DNA of 64,000 bases from Eledone cirrhosa (GCA_964016885.1 OZ024742.1:175770001-175834000), one strand, 5' to 3'. Positions 24,998-40,334 are shown, counted from the first letter of the stretch. Numbers and translations are program-made. Notes: generated by a model not told the origin, from the letters alone.

Positions 24998-25327
24998 TTA
25001 ACCTCTTTTGTACCAAACCATCTTAGGCAACTTAAATGTTTATATGTATCTGAAAACTGTCCATGAATTTAGAAGAACATGTTTTTAGCTTTTCATTCCC
25101 ATATTTCTAATGACAGACACTATGATTTTTAAATCATTTTGAAAATATTCAATGATTTTGGTGGTTTAGAAATATAGCTAAATTTTGAATTATTAATCTG
25201 CTGTTTGGAACATAAAGGTTCTTAAAATATGATGGAGTATTTTAGATAAATATAAACAAACATAAACATAGAAACAGTATTGTAGAACCATTGGCAGTTT
25301 CAGGTGATTTGGTAAATAACATGTTAA
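24998..25327. mobile_element. Old piggyBac-like MITE relic; related ends near 29180-29200, 35945 and 43220-43239
   Basis: TTAACCTCTTTTGTACCAA left end; family right end TTGGTATCAAAAGGGTTAA with TTAA flanks. Confidence 0.45.
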
Positions 25328-27229
25328 GTTACATGGTTCAAACATCACCTTAAAGAGAAAGTTAGTTACATTACTAAAACCTTAGACATTCTTGATTATT
25401 TTCAAAATTATTTGAAATCATAGGCAATATCTTGCATTAAAAATATGTTGATGAAAGAGTTTAGGAAATTTATTTGGCAGCTGTAAATGTTTGTACATTA
25501 ACCAAATCTTCAAACTTGCAATGTAATAAGGGATATTAAATGAAACTATACAACTTAACAGGCTAACATCGTGACATTATATGATGTAATAATATCTAAT
25601 TAAGAACATCCCCTAAATTATGCATTTTTCTTTTACATCATTTTCCATTTACAGAAGGAGGGTACTTCACAACATACGAGATGTAATATACTTAATGCAG
25701 GCAGATCCACTTTTCCCATTGCCTTCTATCACAGGCTATGACATCAGTTACATTAAATTAAGCATTATATCTGGTTAAGTCCTCATTAATTTAAGGAAAT
25801 GTTATGGTTTTTTACGAACTTTTCTGACAAGGTAATTATTCCCAGAAATCAACACTTTAAGAGCTAGTATGAAAGAGTTGTTCTTCAACAAATATTTCAG
25901 TTAATAGGAATTGAAATAATTTTCTGAAATGACAAAAATAAGAGTTATTATATATATAAGAATGCCTGTTCATATAAACATGTATGGTTTATATATTCGC
26001 CACATCCTACTCTAAATACGCATCATTACAGCTATGTTTTCAACTATAACAACAACTATAATATCATCTAGTAATATCAATTGACATGCTTTAATGTAAA
26101 GATCAGGGTTATGGCAGGTATTCAGTTACTTTTCATCTTCATTCAGCACTTAACGTTGGTATTTATTACATGCAAAAATAAAAGTTCCTGCAACAATAGG
26201 ATTCCCCAGAAACAATATGTTTCTATTGAAAATTTTCATTTAAGAAATATTGATTTTTAACTCAAAATATCTTATAATTGACTTCAAATATACAATTATC
26301 AGTTCTATTTAAAATTCTTTTCATTATCTTCATTAAGATGTTTGATAAATTCTAGATATTTTCTATAATCTATTAACCAACCCATATAGTGATTTTACCT
26401 GAAATAACTTCCAGATTTAGATATGTTTGCAATCTATTTAAGAACTCAATAATATTTCAGTACAATTTCTGTTATGCTTGTTGTTACAGCTCACATCTAC
26501 ATAGGTTTAGATGGCCTCATACAAGATTGTATCTTCGGGTTTTTAATAATAGGTGACTCCAGGCTTATCGTTGTTGTTACAGCTCACACCCATGTAGGTT
26601 TAACTGGCCTCATACGAGGATGTTACTCAGGTATATTAATGGTATAGACTCTCATTCCTACCCTGAAAAATCTCACCAGTGGAATGTACAGTAGTCTTTT
26701 GCAGGATTCAACCCCCAGCTTCATGCACACAAACACACACACATATATATAGACCTGTTTTTCCTTAAAGTCATTTTGGTTTTGTTTCTGGCACTGCTCA
26801 CCTTCCACAATTTTTCTATTTCTTCTTTAAATACTCATTCTATTTTCTGATTAAAGGCTAGCATCCGACACATTAAGATTTTTTTCATACTATATCAAGC
26901 ATAAAACTAATATATTTCTTCATTTACTGTGTCAAATGCTTTGTTATTTCTGTTTGCCATATACATACCATTGAATTCTAGACAGCTTCCACCTCCTAAA
27001 CTCAAGTCATGACATCAGTGTAACTGAGATTATGGTAGATATCACTCGACCAGATACCCAACAATGCACTATGTTCAGACAGCGGCTCCACAAGTTAAAT
27101 ATTTCATTGTATATTCTTCAACATGAAAATATCATAAAAACATCATTAAAACTCATAAATATGGAGTTATGTCAAACATCTTTTAATAACAAAAGACACA
27201 ATAAACATTAAATATTTCTCTATTGATTG

Positions 27230-28190
27230 TATCATCATCATCATCATCATCATCATCGATTAACATCTATCTTCTAAGCAAGCATGGGTTAGACGGGTAC
27301 CATTTAGAGGCAAGTTGAGTCGTGTGACCATATATTCCATATGTATCATCATCATTACCATTTCACCCACTAGCATGGATTAGACAAGTTGCCCTGCTGT
27401 GAGAAATCCCAGGTCAGATGACCATGTCTTGCTTATAGAGTACTGATTTTGACTTAGTTTTTGCAGCTGGATTCCCTTCCTAATGCCAACCACATTTATA
27501 GTGAGTACTGGGTGCTTTTTATCATGACACCTACACAAACAGTATACAGTGTGGGCTGAGTGCTTTTGTTGTGACACCTATACAATCACTTTACAGTGTG
27601 GGCTGGGTAAGTTTTTTCATTTCGCCATCACAACCGCTTTACTTCACTAAATGTATGTTTCAGCCTGTCCTCATGGGAGGTGTAAGAAAGACTGTGGTGG
27701 TGTGGAGGAGGGTGGTGTAACACTATATGAATGCTTCAGCCAGTGCCTTTGAGAAGGTGGGTCTTCTGTATTACTACATAATGCCAGAGATCTCGGTCCT
27801 GTGTCATCATCTTTGAGAGGTCCAATTGACCAAAGTCAGCTTTTATCCCCTCACTTCAAATCTTCCTGGGTCTCCCCACTCCATGGCTTCCATCAACTTT
27901 GCATGCTCTGCACCTTTTTATACAAGTGTCTTCCTTCATACGCATCACATGTCCATACAAACACAATGTCCTCTCCTGCACACTGCATCTGATTCCTCTT
28001 ATGCCTAGTTTCTCTCTCAGTTCCTATATGCTTTGCTGTTCACGTATGTTACTATTACACATCCATTAGTATATTGAAACTTCATAATTTCACAAGTCGT
28101 CTGTACACAGAACCCAGGTCTCACTACCATGTAACATTGCTGTTCCTGTGCATGCATCAAAAAGTCTGTCTTTCATTTTGAGGGAAAGGG
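27230..28190 (-). mobile_element. Degenerate RTE 3' portion
   Basis: Collinear with 53873-54630, including the (CAT)n tail. Confidence 0.8.
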
Positions 28191-29349
28191 AAAAGCCTTA
28201 TACACACATACACACACATATATATATATATGTGATAATTCTCATTGTTGTTTTAACATCCCTTTTCCCTCCTAGCAAGTGTTGGACAGGTCCATAGAGA
28301 CCAAGTCAGTACTGAAGCAGAGCCACTGATCTCCCATACGATTGAGTGCTCGGTTGTCATGCCTTTCACACAACTAACAGTCCTCCAAACACTTTATTTG
28401 GCAATATATCTATGGCTGGATGTCCTTCCTATCACCAACTATTTTACAGCGTGTACTGGCTGTGTTTATTGTGTAAATCACCAAAACTAGGGAGCTAGAT
28501 ATGTCCTTTACACAACTGAATCGTCCTCCTGACACTTTGTCTGGCAAGCTTTCTATGCCTGGATGACATTCCTATGACCAACCACTTTATAGCATGTACT
28601 GAATGCATTTATCATGTACATTACCAACACTAGAGAGGCTATCATGTCCATGACATGATGGAGGGGTCCTCCCACCCCCTTTTTTTATGTTTGTATTTTG
28701 GTTGGTACGCTCTCCATGACTGAAAGCCCTTCCTATCACCAATGAATCAATTCACAGGGGGGGGGTCTGCTAGGAATGTGTATGGGGGGTGGGGGTGAAG
28801 TAGTGACGTTGAAAATAACTATATATAGAAAGTGTGTTATTGTATATTTACTTTCCCAAGTTTGTAAAGGTTAAGCTATGTCAACCAACCAAAATGCATC
28901 CTCTATAATTATCTGTATCGACTTCTGAAACAAAGGCAAATATTTTTTGTTCAAACCTTTACATTAATGCTTTTGTTACAGTTTTTTTTAATGAAAGACA
29001 CAGAATATAATTTTCAAATCATGTTGAACATAATCAGAACATAATCAGAAATCTCATTAAGTTGGTGTAGGAGAAGGAATGAACTTTCTTACATAAAATT
29101 ATGATGGAAGGTTTTAGACAAATGTAAACACTTTAAAATAAATAAATGTGAATGATAGAAACAGGAACAGTTTCAGACCATTTGGTATCAAAAAGGTTAA
29201 TAAACCATTCACCTTCCCCAGTAGCATTAGATCCTAAATATAGTTACATAACATTGTTAAGTTCCATAGAATTCATAGAATAAAACTATTTTGCTTATTA
29301 TAAGAAAACTAATTCATTTTACTTGTTATTCTATCCAAATTTTCTTCTT

Positions 29350-29382
<33 letters not shown>

Positions 29383-29559
29383 AACACACTATAATGACCA
29401 GTGATGTATTTTATGTTATAAGTATGTTTTGCTCTTATCTAATTTATTTTATATTGAATCACATTTTAGGTTTAGTATTATTGTAAGTTTGTACAATTTG
29501 TAAACATCATCACCATTCCAATAAATCAATTATTGGTTTACTGCCTTTCTGACGGCAAG

Positions 29560-31370
29560 ATTCACAAAGGAATGTCTGTATCTTGGTGTAGAACGATATC
29601 CCATAGAACTTTTTCATGAAGCACCAAGGTAATTTATCTGTTTTCTCATAAAATATTTACTCCAAGAACCCTTCAGAGGAACCTCATTTTGGTCACTTGT
29701 ATTCGCAATCATATTCTTTTGGTCATTACCCAAGATATTCATGACCATAGATAAAGGTTGGCATGAATTCTAAATTGAAGTGAAAGTGTTTGGCTTTTAC
29801 ACCTACCTTCTGAATACTGAAGCTGGTGCATTACTGCACCAGCTCCTGCAATTCTTGCACTTAATTCAGCCTCCTGCCTTCCATCACTTACGAACACGGC
29901 CCCAAGACACTTGAACTTCTAAACCAGCTTCCGTGGAACTCCATTCACATGAAGAGTGCACTGCACAGGCTTCCTTGAGAGGACGAGTGACTCAGTTTTC
30001 ACAGCAACGATTTTCTTTCCCTTCATGCATAACTTGGCATCAAACGTATCAAGTGCAAGTTGGAGATCACCTGCTGTTGAGTTAAGTAACACAATGTTGT
30101 CTACAAATTCCAGGCAATTGACTTAAGCACTGCCAGTTGGTATATCACTGCCAAGCTGGCTGTGCGTGTGAAACCTGTTCATGAAAATAATGAACAGAAA
30201 AGGTGCAGTATGCACCCTTGGTGGAGTCAGACTCACACAATGAATGAATGGTTTCGATTTAGCACCATCTCAACACAAATACTTGGGCATTCATACAGAG
30301 ACACACGGGCAAAAAGATGTTGACAATTGATCCCATACTCCTACACAACCCTCCACAGCAGGTACTGAGGTATATGGGCATACGTCTTTTCGAGGTCTAC
30401 AAAACAAGAATATACCTTTTGGCAACACTCCCATGATTTCTCAAAGACCTGTCGCAGTGTAACTATTTGGTTGGCTGTGTTGTGTCCAGGGCGAAAACCT
30501 CAGTGCTCATCAGCTAACTTGGACTCAACTATCTCCTTGCATCTCTTTGCCAGACACTTAGCACAGACTTTACTGGGGAGGCTTAACAAGGAGATCCCTA
30601 TGTAATTGGAACAATCTCTCTTGTCTCCCATTTTGAAAATTGGGATTATCACTCCCAATTGCCATTGACCACCCAGGCCATGAGTCAGTCAGAGAATACC
30701 TTGTTTATGTAAGGCTTTTAACATCTTCGGCTGGATTTCATCTTCACCAGTGGCCTTGTCACATTTGAGCTCTTTAACTGCTCTTGTGATCTCAGCCTCT
30801 GAGAGATTAGTCACTGCTCTCAAATGCACCTTGTGTACATCAGAAGATGCTGTTTTGATCAGGTTTAAGAGACCAACAAAGTATTCTCTCCATCTCATGA
30901 CGATGCACCTCTCTAAAGAGAGGAGGACCCCAGACACATTCCTGATAGAGGTGTGTAGAAGGACTTCTTATTACAAAGTCAGCAGATGGTCTGCCAGAAT
31001 ACTTCGTTTGCTGATCAGAAGTTGGATTCCAGCTTAACTCCAAATTCCATTCATGTTTTAACTTTGGATGACTTTACTGTCTCTGCTGCGATTCTTCATG
31101 CCTGCTTGTACCACAACTTGAGGACTTATTTCCAAACCTAGCTTTGTAGGCCTCCTTCTTTGCTCAGATAGCATCTTTGATGTCTTGATTGAACCAAGGG
31201 ATCCTCCTGCCATCCAGAACCACACCAAGCCTCTTCTGCCCACAACATTCAAAAACTGAAGCAGAAAATGCTGAGCTGAACATTCTCCACTCTGTCTCAA
31301 CACCCTCACTTTGCTCAGGGAGTTCTCTGAATGTGGATGAAATAGTATCTGCATACCTGACTTCCTAATA
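29560..31370 (-). mobile_element. Degenerate RTE/Expander-type LINE (second family)
   Basis: RWREYFVGLLN..KATGEDEIQPKMLKAL; CFVDLEK; PTFIYGHE; many stops and frameshifts. Confidence 0.82.
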
Positions 31371-31399
31371 AACATAGTTTCCTTATTTATTCGTATTTG

Positions 31400-31845
31400 G
31401 TCTGTTGTATTGTCAGTGCAAAGTTAAAGTCACAAGACTTGGAATTTGAGTGTCCTATTGTTTTCACATATATCTAGATGTCCAGTGAGTGATATCTGTA
31501 TTGTGGTAGGGTCTCGTAATTGTTGGCAATAAATTGTCATTCTGTTTCTGAGGGTGAGTTTAGTTTTCCCTATATAATCTTCATTACATCCTTTACATTT
31601 AATGGTATAAAGGAAATTTTTTTGATGAGCAAGTAAAATCATTTTTGACAACAAAATTTTGTCCTGATTGAAATATATACATTGTGCCTTCAATGAGGTG
31701 AGTGCAAGTTCCGCAATTAGGGTGACCATATTTTTTGACAGTTGGTGGGTAATTTGGCATTGGTGAGTAATGTTTTTAGTGATTTAGGTTGTCTTTTGCT
31801 TTTGATTATTTTGTGTGTTTCAAGTGCTTTTTTTCATTCTGACAT
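31400..31845 (-). pseudogene. PLE GIY-YIG endonuclease fragment
   Basis: NFLYTIKCKGCNEDYIGKTKLTLRNRM..GHLDIC. Confidence 0.78.
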
Positions 31846-31846
31846 A

Positions 31847-32980
31847 TCTATATATATAAAACAGAGGATGTCTGCCTGTGTAAATCCCTAAAATTTTACA
31901 CATGCATTACATATATTTCGTGAAGTGCAATGAGCTAAAAATTGTTTAACTTATTCTGCCCTAGGGCCCACATTAGGTGAAAAACTGCATTTTAAAAGCA
32001 TTTTTAGGCTTCTCTGAGGTGTAACTTAAAGAAAATCCAGCCAATTTCCTCGAAATATTCAGCACACATTAGTTAGTCTCCTCGCATTGCTGAGGACAAA
32101 AGAATTTCCAATTCCATTAATGGTTTCTAGGAAATTTACGAATTAGCATCCGGCATTACATGCCATATTCGTTTTCAATATAAACGCTACTTAAACATCG
32201 TAAGTTGCATATAATATTTCGTTAAAAATTTGGTTTATTTAATAGAGGACACAACACTTACTTTTAAGCAGGACCATTTTCAGGGGATTGAGGAAATAAG
32301 GAGGACCTTACCATTTTTGTCGGCGCTCTGTTGACGTTTCATGCTTTCATCACGCACAAATCCGGGCCCTGTATACATTGCCATATTATTGACACCGTAA
32401 AACACACGTCTGTTCTACTTCTACTAAGACCCCTTTTGTTGCACCTACACTGCAGTATGAACGCCCTGCGCAAGCACGCCGAACAGCAGTTGTGCTAATT
32501 CTGTGGTGTCCCCTTTTGTCACACCTTTGTTGCTGTGTAAATGCAGTGCAATCAGTGCTGCCCAGCATTTGTGCTAATTGCACTAAGACCCCCTTCTGCT
32601 GCAGCTGCGTTGCGACGCCGATTTCATCATCTCAATATCCCTACTTAAACGTACATCCCTACTTGGTTTTCACACAATTGACTACGTCGCTCCTTCAGAC
32701 TGACTGTGTTCCCCATCCATGACGTAATCCGTGAACAGACTTACAACATACATTGCCCCACAACACTTACTTCTTTCGCATACAGGATTTACGCAATCAG
32801 GCCACTGACACTGCTACTACTGGATTCGGCCTGCTCACATTCTACATTTCCAGTAGATGAACAATCATTCCCTGAGAATAAGGGAATTCAAAAGGTACAC
32901 AGCTACATTCTTCAATCTTTGCATATGCGTGTTGCTATTTCACGTTTCCTACCCCATGCAACGCTGAGTCCTGCTGCTAG
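31847..32980 (+). mobile_element. Non-autonomous Helitron-like element
   Basis: Begins A|TCTATATATATAAAA..TGTCTGCCTGTG and ends with a decayed GC-rich subterminal segment then CTAG|T; no target-site duplication. Confidence 0.68.
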
Positions 32981-32986
32981 TATATA

Positions 32987-33061
<75 letters not shown>

Positions 33062-33254
33062 CAAACAAATAATTTATCTGTTTACATGCCAGCACTGGAG
33101 CAAGAATGACGGTGTCATTCTACTGACATGGTTTTAAAGAAGCTGTTTGCATAATTGCAAATGAATCGAATATTATTATTAATATTCAAAAAACTCAGAT
33201 TACATTTATTATATATACATATATATATTTATAAAGCTGATCTTGCCCTATTGC

Positions 33255-33635
33255 ACATCTCAAAGATGATGGCACAGGACCGAGACCTCTTACGTAGTAA
33301 TACAGAGACCCAACTTCCCACGGGTACGAACCAAAGCTGAAGCATATAGACATTTTGTCCCCTCCCACTGTAAAGTGGCCGTGTAGGTGCCACGACAAAA
33401 AAAGCACCCTGTCCACACTGCAAAGTGGTCATGTAGGCGCCACGGTAACAAGCACCTAGTACTCACTGTAAAAGAGGTTGGTGTTAGCAAGGGCATCCAG
33501 CTGTAGAAAGCAAGCCAAAATCAGATCTCTATGAGCAAGACATGGTCACCTGACCTGGCATTGACCACAACAAGAGAACCTACCTAACCCATGCTAGCGT
33601 GGAAGAGTGGATGTAAAACAGTGATGATGATGATA
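33255..33635 (+). mobile_element. RTE 3' end
   Basis: Reverse complement of about 53880-54245, (GAT)n tail. Confidence 0.82.
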
Positions 33636-34374
33636 AATATGAATACATATACATAAATAAATATATATATATATATATATGCTAGCATGGAAGAATGGAC
33701 GTAAAACATTGATGATGATGATGATATATATATGTATGTTTGAGTTTACAAACATGAGGAAAAGTGCTCAGTACCAAATTAGAGAATATTATATATTTAT
33801 TATATTACGGAGATTACTCTATTGCAGCAGAATTGTAACACAGATCAATCTCAGTTATATATATATATATTCGATATATATATATAAAATAGATAGATAG
33901 ATAGATTTGATAGATATATTATATCATATTTCATGTCTGCAGTTTGATACTGAGTCTAGTGTATATATATACACACACACACTTTCAGGTATGATGAACC
34001 TACATTTTCAGAAATGTATTCAATAGGTGGAAGAATGCTTCCTATCAGTAGATATCGAATCAGTGGAATTGAAGGAAACACTGGATCTATAATCAATCAC
34101 ATCATTACTATCGGATCAGTGCCTTGCTATTGTCATTTTATTCACTAGTTAAGTGTCACTAAACCACTCAACTAAAAAGGTTAACAGTAGTCATCTAATA
34201 TGTTCACATTCCTTGAAAACTTGTGCTATTATTATTATTATTTCTAATCTAACCCATTACTAAGACTTGTATATGTTTATGAAATACACACATACATATA
34301 GAGAGAGAGATTTGTCACATATTTCTTTGAAAATATGTATATTTTTCTTTTTTAAATGATAACTTAGCAAAAAG

Positions 34375-34430
<56 letters not shown>

Positions 34431-37413
34431 CATACATACATACATACACATATATTTATACATACACATATATTTACATACACATATATGCACACACATA
34501 CATTATATATATATTTACATATACATATATATGTACATACATATACATTTCTCATAGCAAGGCAAGTGAGTTCTACACAAAGACGAAAATTATAATTTAA
34601 AAAGCAACTACCACAAATATTTTTGTAACAAGTGTAGAAAAATAAGGTAAAAAAAATTAAGTAATGTGTCAAAAATACTTCTAATTAAAAGATCAGATTT
34701 AGCAAAAGTTTATGAGAATGGTATTTGGTGTTGAAGATTATGCTTTTCAAAGAAGTTGCTAAGAACTATCAGTATGACAGTGACAGATGACATTGTAATC
34801 AATACTTAAAGTAAAAAGGAGGAGAAAAAGAAGGCAAAAAATCCAAGTAAAATGGAAGAAAAATGAAAGATATTCCAATACCTTTCACTTGAAAAACTCT
34901 GTCGATGAATTTCCATGTTTGGTGAGATTAGTAAAGAGGGAAGAGAAGTAAGAACTGTTTGTTGCTTAATATAATATTGAACCATTTTCCATGCTTGCAT
35001 GGTTCTAGATGTCTTTTTGTTTCTTTCTTTTCCATATTTCGATGCTAATATCATTGGGTAATACTGAAAGTCTCAGAAAGAAATTTGATGACTCGAGTCT
35101 CAATAAACTTTCTGAAAGCAATATCGAAGTATGATGCATATTTGGAAACTAGATAGAGTTAAATAAGTACTATGATACTTTACAGTGCAAAAAAAATGAC
35201 TGAATTCTCGATCATCATCAGCCTGAGCATCACTATTTTATATCCACTTTCCATGCTGGCAAGGTTTGAACTGAAATTGTCCGGTGGATGGCTTGCAAGC
35301 CCCCTAACTATGAATAGAAATTGCCAAACTAAGGCATGTGCCTTAAGGCTGGGTTAGTTTAGTACAATTTGTTTCTGGTTATGATTCCAGCTTAGAGATA
35401 TTTAGCTGTTAGCACACATAGGCTATCTGGTGTCACTGCTTTTAGAACAATATTTTTAATGAAGGACATTGCATATTGTTTTCAAATAGTGTAGAAAATA
35501 ATAAACAATTTCGAGGGATTTAGTAACATAACAAGGCAGTGAATTGGCAGAATTATTAGGACATTGAATAAAATTCCATCTCTCTGCACTCCAAGTTCAA
35601 ATCCTGTTGATTTTCATCATTTTGAAGTCAATAAAGATACCAGTCCTGTACTGGGATCTGTTCTTCCTCTATAACTATTTCTCATTTCCACTCTATCACA
35701 CTTTCACTCCTTCTCTGGAAGAAATCAGCTGTGTTCAGACATGGGATAAACTCAAACAGGTTTAAAACATTGCTAAGACATGGAACCCCTATGACTATCA
35801 ATAGTTATATAACACAATATAACTAACTTTATTATTAGTAAGCAGGTGTTTATAAGAAATCGTCTGACATAAAATTATGCTGGAATAATTTTAGATAAAT
35901 ATAACACTTTAAAACAAAGTTTTGTTTCATAGAGCCAGAAGCAATTTGGTAACAAAATAGTCAATGATTTAACCCCAGTTAATCTAAATTTGGAGTTTCA
36001 TTCTATATAATAAGAAGGTCCTCAGTATTACAACAGTAATACCTTGTTCTAAACATATATATAATAAGTGTGGCATTCAATACTTAAAGCTCCCAATCTA
36101 TATATGCATCATATGAAATTATTGTCCAGACAATGAATATTTCAGGCCAATCATTACACAGACTTAAAATTACAATCATTTTCTATAATATCTAAACATT
36201 AAAATGTAGTTGCTTTATTGTAAATAACTATAACAATAAGTCACAATAAAATGTTGAGAAAATTGGGTAAAGTACCTCAAGAGATGGTAAAAAGTGGATT
36301 GTAATATTCTTTTCCATCTCCAAAGAGACTTTACATGATTCTCTCAAATATTTATAATGATTAACTATTGTTACAGTCATTTGCATTGGAAAATTACATT
36401 TCAAATTCCCCAAAGCTTCTTAAATCAATTAGTTGTTTGTACTATTTACTAATGTCTCACAGGATTCAAGGCAAAATCACTAGTGTTGGTACCCTGATAG
36501 AACGAATCCAATACAATTTATACCGGTTGGCATTCAAACAGAGACAACATAAGGTTGAAAGTAATATCCCTTTGTTCCTGGTGAAAACATAACCTCTCTA
36601 CTGCTGGTATTACAATAAAATGTACAACAGTAACGATATGAAGTATACTCAAGTTGTCTCAGTTATAGTACTGGTCTCTTATCCAAGTGGTCGTTGTGTT
36701 TTCACAATTACAAGTTAGAAGGTTCTACGAATCTACATAGTAACATCAAAGTTATACGTGCAAAGAAGTTTCACACTTCTAACAATAGTAAAACAATTTA
36801 TTAAAGTAAGCAATTGAATTTTTGATATTCTCTGATGTCAAAATCAATTGAGAGAATCTGTATTCTGTTAGTATAAGATGGTATTAAAATCTTCTACCTG
36901 ACTACTTGGAGTCCAACACAACAACTCTACTTTTACATTTTAACACTTCTACCTTCTATGTATTCAGATATTATGTATATATGCAAGTATGTGTTATGAA
37001 ATGGCTTGCTTTGTCACCAGGTAATTTCTGTTGTTGTCCCTCTGCATGACACCTTGGGCAAGCGTCTTCTACCACTACTATAGCCTCAGATTAATAAATA
37101 CCTTGTCGATCAAATTTAGGCAACAGAAACTGCGCAGATACTCATCATGTATCTTTATAGTTGTTTACTGTTTGTTTATGCACTGTAGTTTAGCACTTCA
37201 ACAAAAAGAGATGGATAAAATAACCAGACTTAAAACGTAAAATACATGGCTAGTCTCATGACTGAAACCATTAAAAAATTATAATACGTTTTAAAAGATT
37301 ATATACTGTTTTTTTTTCTATTCACATCCGTATTAAGATTCAAACAAATGTATTCAATGTATCCAATATTACATTCTCATGATACAGTAATGATTTGTTA
37401 TTTTTATATACCT

Positions 37414-37596
37414 GCGGTGGATTGGCAGTATCGGTAGAGGGTCAGACACCATGCTTTCCAGCATAGTTACGTCCCTTTACGATCTGAGTTCAAATCCCGC
37501 CGAGGTTGACTTTGCCTTTCATCCTTACGGGGTCGATAAAATAAAGTACCAGTAATGCACTGGGTAATTGCTGGCCTTGTGCCTAAAGTAGAAACA
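37414..37596 (+). mobile_element. tRNA-derived Meta/MESC-like SINE with target-site duplication
   Basis: GTTATTTTTATATACCTGC at 37397 and 37597. Confidence 0.87.
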
Positions 37597-37840
37597 GTTA
37601 TTTTTATATACCTGCAGGACATGGATGCTCATAGCAGAATTAGAGGTAAATACTGACAGTCAAGATTAGATGCTAATAAAAAACCATGGACGTCTTCTAT
37701 ATGGAAAACATAAGCAATATAAACATTCACATTGCAATCAGTCAACACATGAGCCCCTAAGAGGCATTTGCGGAGCAATAAGCAAGCATGTTGGTTACTA
37801 TGAAGAACAGAATTTAAAGGTTCTTACATATAATTATAAT

Positions 37841-38035
37841 TGTTTCTACTTTTGGCACAAGGCCAGCAATTATCCCAGTGTATTACTGGTACCTTATTTT
37901 ATCGACCCCATAAGGATGAAAGGCAAAGTTAACCTCGGCAGAATTTGAACTCAGACCATAAAGGGCCGTAACTCTTTGTTGCAAAGCATGGCGTCCGACC
38001 CTCTACCGATACTGCCAATCCACCGCCCTTACACC
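37841..38035 (-). mobile_element. tRNA-derived Meta/MESC-like SINE with a 21-bp target-site duplication
   Basis: GTTCTTACATATAATTATAAT at 37820 and 38036. Confidence 0.87.
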
Positions 38036-38681
38036 GTTCTTACATATAATTATAATGGAAGATTTCTAGGTACATAGAAATTCTTTAAAATAAACAGATT
38101 TCAACATAAAATTAATTAGATAGACTACTTGTTTTTTTGTGGTGTGTTTTCTGTTCCCCAGCATGTGTTTCAAAACTAGTTCTTTCAATGCCATTACTAA
38201 CCACATCCATCTTTGTGATTCACCTCTACATCATACCTAACACCATAAATATCTTGTCCATTTTACTGCATTCTCTGGAATCTGCCAGTTTCAGTGAAGG
38301 ATATCTTTTAAAATGTTCATCTACCTCATATAGGTAGATGAAGCTAGAAGATTATTTCTTACTCTAATGTTATGAGTCATTGTGTGTGTGTATACACATA
38401 TACATACATATATATAGCCATTTGTGTGTATATACATTTATATTAGTTGATAATGATTACATATATATAGATATTGATTTACTGTTTCATTTAATTGGAA
38501 ATTTCATGAGAGTCTGATGATTTCAAAGAAATGAAACAATTTTCTTCATGTAGAGGTCATTTCTTGATACTGATATATATAATATATATATATATAAATT
38601 CTACATCCGTTTTTCCACACTCGCATGGATTGAACAGATAGGAAGCATTCTTCCATCTACTGTATACATACATACACACAC

Positions 38682-38739
<58 letters not shown>

Positions 38740-39881
38740 ATATATATAGTAGAAATGAAAAGTAATACTTGGTACACTAAATTTAAAAAATGATAAGACT
38801 GATTTTTCTGTTCATGTGTGTATGTACATCTCCCCCATCATTTTTACAGCCACTTTCTCATGCTGGCATAGGTTGGATAGTATGGTTTGAGACAATGTTT
38901 TGCAGTCAGATGACTTTCCTGACACCAATGCTTTTAGTCACCTCTTGGACATGCAGAGACAGAGTGTGCTTGTTCTAAAGTCTGGGATACATGCATATAT
39001 TTATGCCAACACACATTAATATATATCATTATCATCATTTAATGTCCGATTTCCTGGATAGCAAAGGGTGGACAGTTCTTTAATCACTAGGTCAGTACTG
39101 AATTGGGTCTACTGACCTCCATCTTACAACTTTGAAGTGGGATGGGGGAGGGGGTGATACAAAAGCTAGCCCCCTCTCACCAGTCACTCCCAGTGTTACT
39201 TTTTTTTAAAACTACCAAAACAAAAATACAAACATGTTCCTCAATTGATTTGATTAACCCACCATCTCAATACATTTTTAAGCACCAAACCATGATAATT
39301 GTGAATTTCTTATCCCTAATTGATTTGATTTGAACATTCTTTGTATAAACACTCCTCCTCACCCAACCACTTCTACAGACATGTGCCAGGCCTATATTAA
39401 CAGCAAGGCTCTGGAGAGAAGGACCATTGTAAACATTTCTCAAATGCAAGAAATACTATCAAACACTTGATCATGATTGCCATTATTACAGCTACACATT
39501 GTGAAACATTTTATCGTTAAACAATAACAGCCATGAGAAACGTCATTTCTTCATATATATATATACAAAGGTTGAGTAAGTTGAGAATACATCAATATAT
39601 GGCCAAGAATGTTTTAAAAATCACTGGGATTCTACAGACCATTACATAGGGGGTAATAAACTGTCCAATGTTGAATACAATCGGTAACTTCCAGTCATAG
39701 AAGAGCTATAATTTTACAGACCATATATACAAATACTAAATAAGTTAAGGATTAGAGTATTAAAATTATTTAATATGCTAATCTTTGACTTACTATTAAA
39801 TATTTGTAAGTATGTATATAATCATACATACTTAAATATTCATATACATGCATACAAACATGAATATTCATATACATACAT

Positions 39882-39912
<31 letters not shown>

Positions 39913-39924
39913 ACACTCACATAC

Positions 39925-39975
39925 TTATTCTTTAAGAAAAGAATTTCAAGTAAATTTTGCAAAAACGAATAATAC
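39925..39975 (-). other. Candidate 51-nt host exon
   Basis: Reverse strand: pyrimidine tract TTTTTTTATTGTTTTCAG| ... |GTATGT; one open frame YYSFLQNLLEILFLKN. Confidence 0.35.
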
Positions 39976-40048
39976 CTGAAAACAATAAAAAAAAGTCAAT
40001 GCCTTAAATCTCATGTTTTCGAGATATGTGGGGGTCTTTTTGACATTT

Positions 40049-40233
40049 ATTGGCAGTATCGGTAGAGGGTCGGACGCCATACTTTCCAGCATAGTTACGT
40101 CCCTTTACGGTCTGAGTTCAAATCCTGCCGAGGTTAACTTTGCCTTTCATCCTTACGGGGTCGATAAAATAAAGTACCAGTAATGCTCTGGGCAGTTGCT
40201 GGCCTTGTGCCTAAAGTAGAAACAATTATTATT
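40049..40233 (+). mobile_element. Meta/MESC-like SINE, slightly 5'-truncated
   Basis: Near-identical to 37414-37596. Confidence 0.85.
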
Positions 40234-40334
40234 AATATTATTATTAATTTATTATTTTTATAGAGAAGACAGGATATATACATTGTTTAAAAGTATTTTA
40301 ATCTGAAGTTTCTTCTAACTTGCATAACAGTAAA

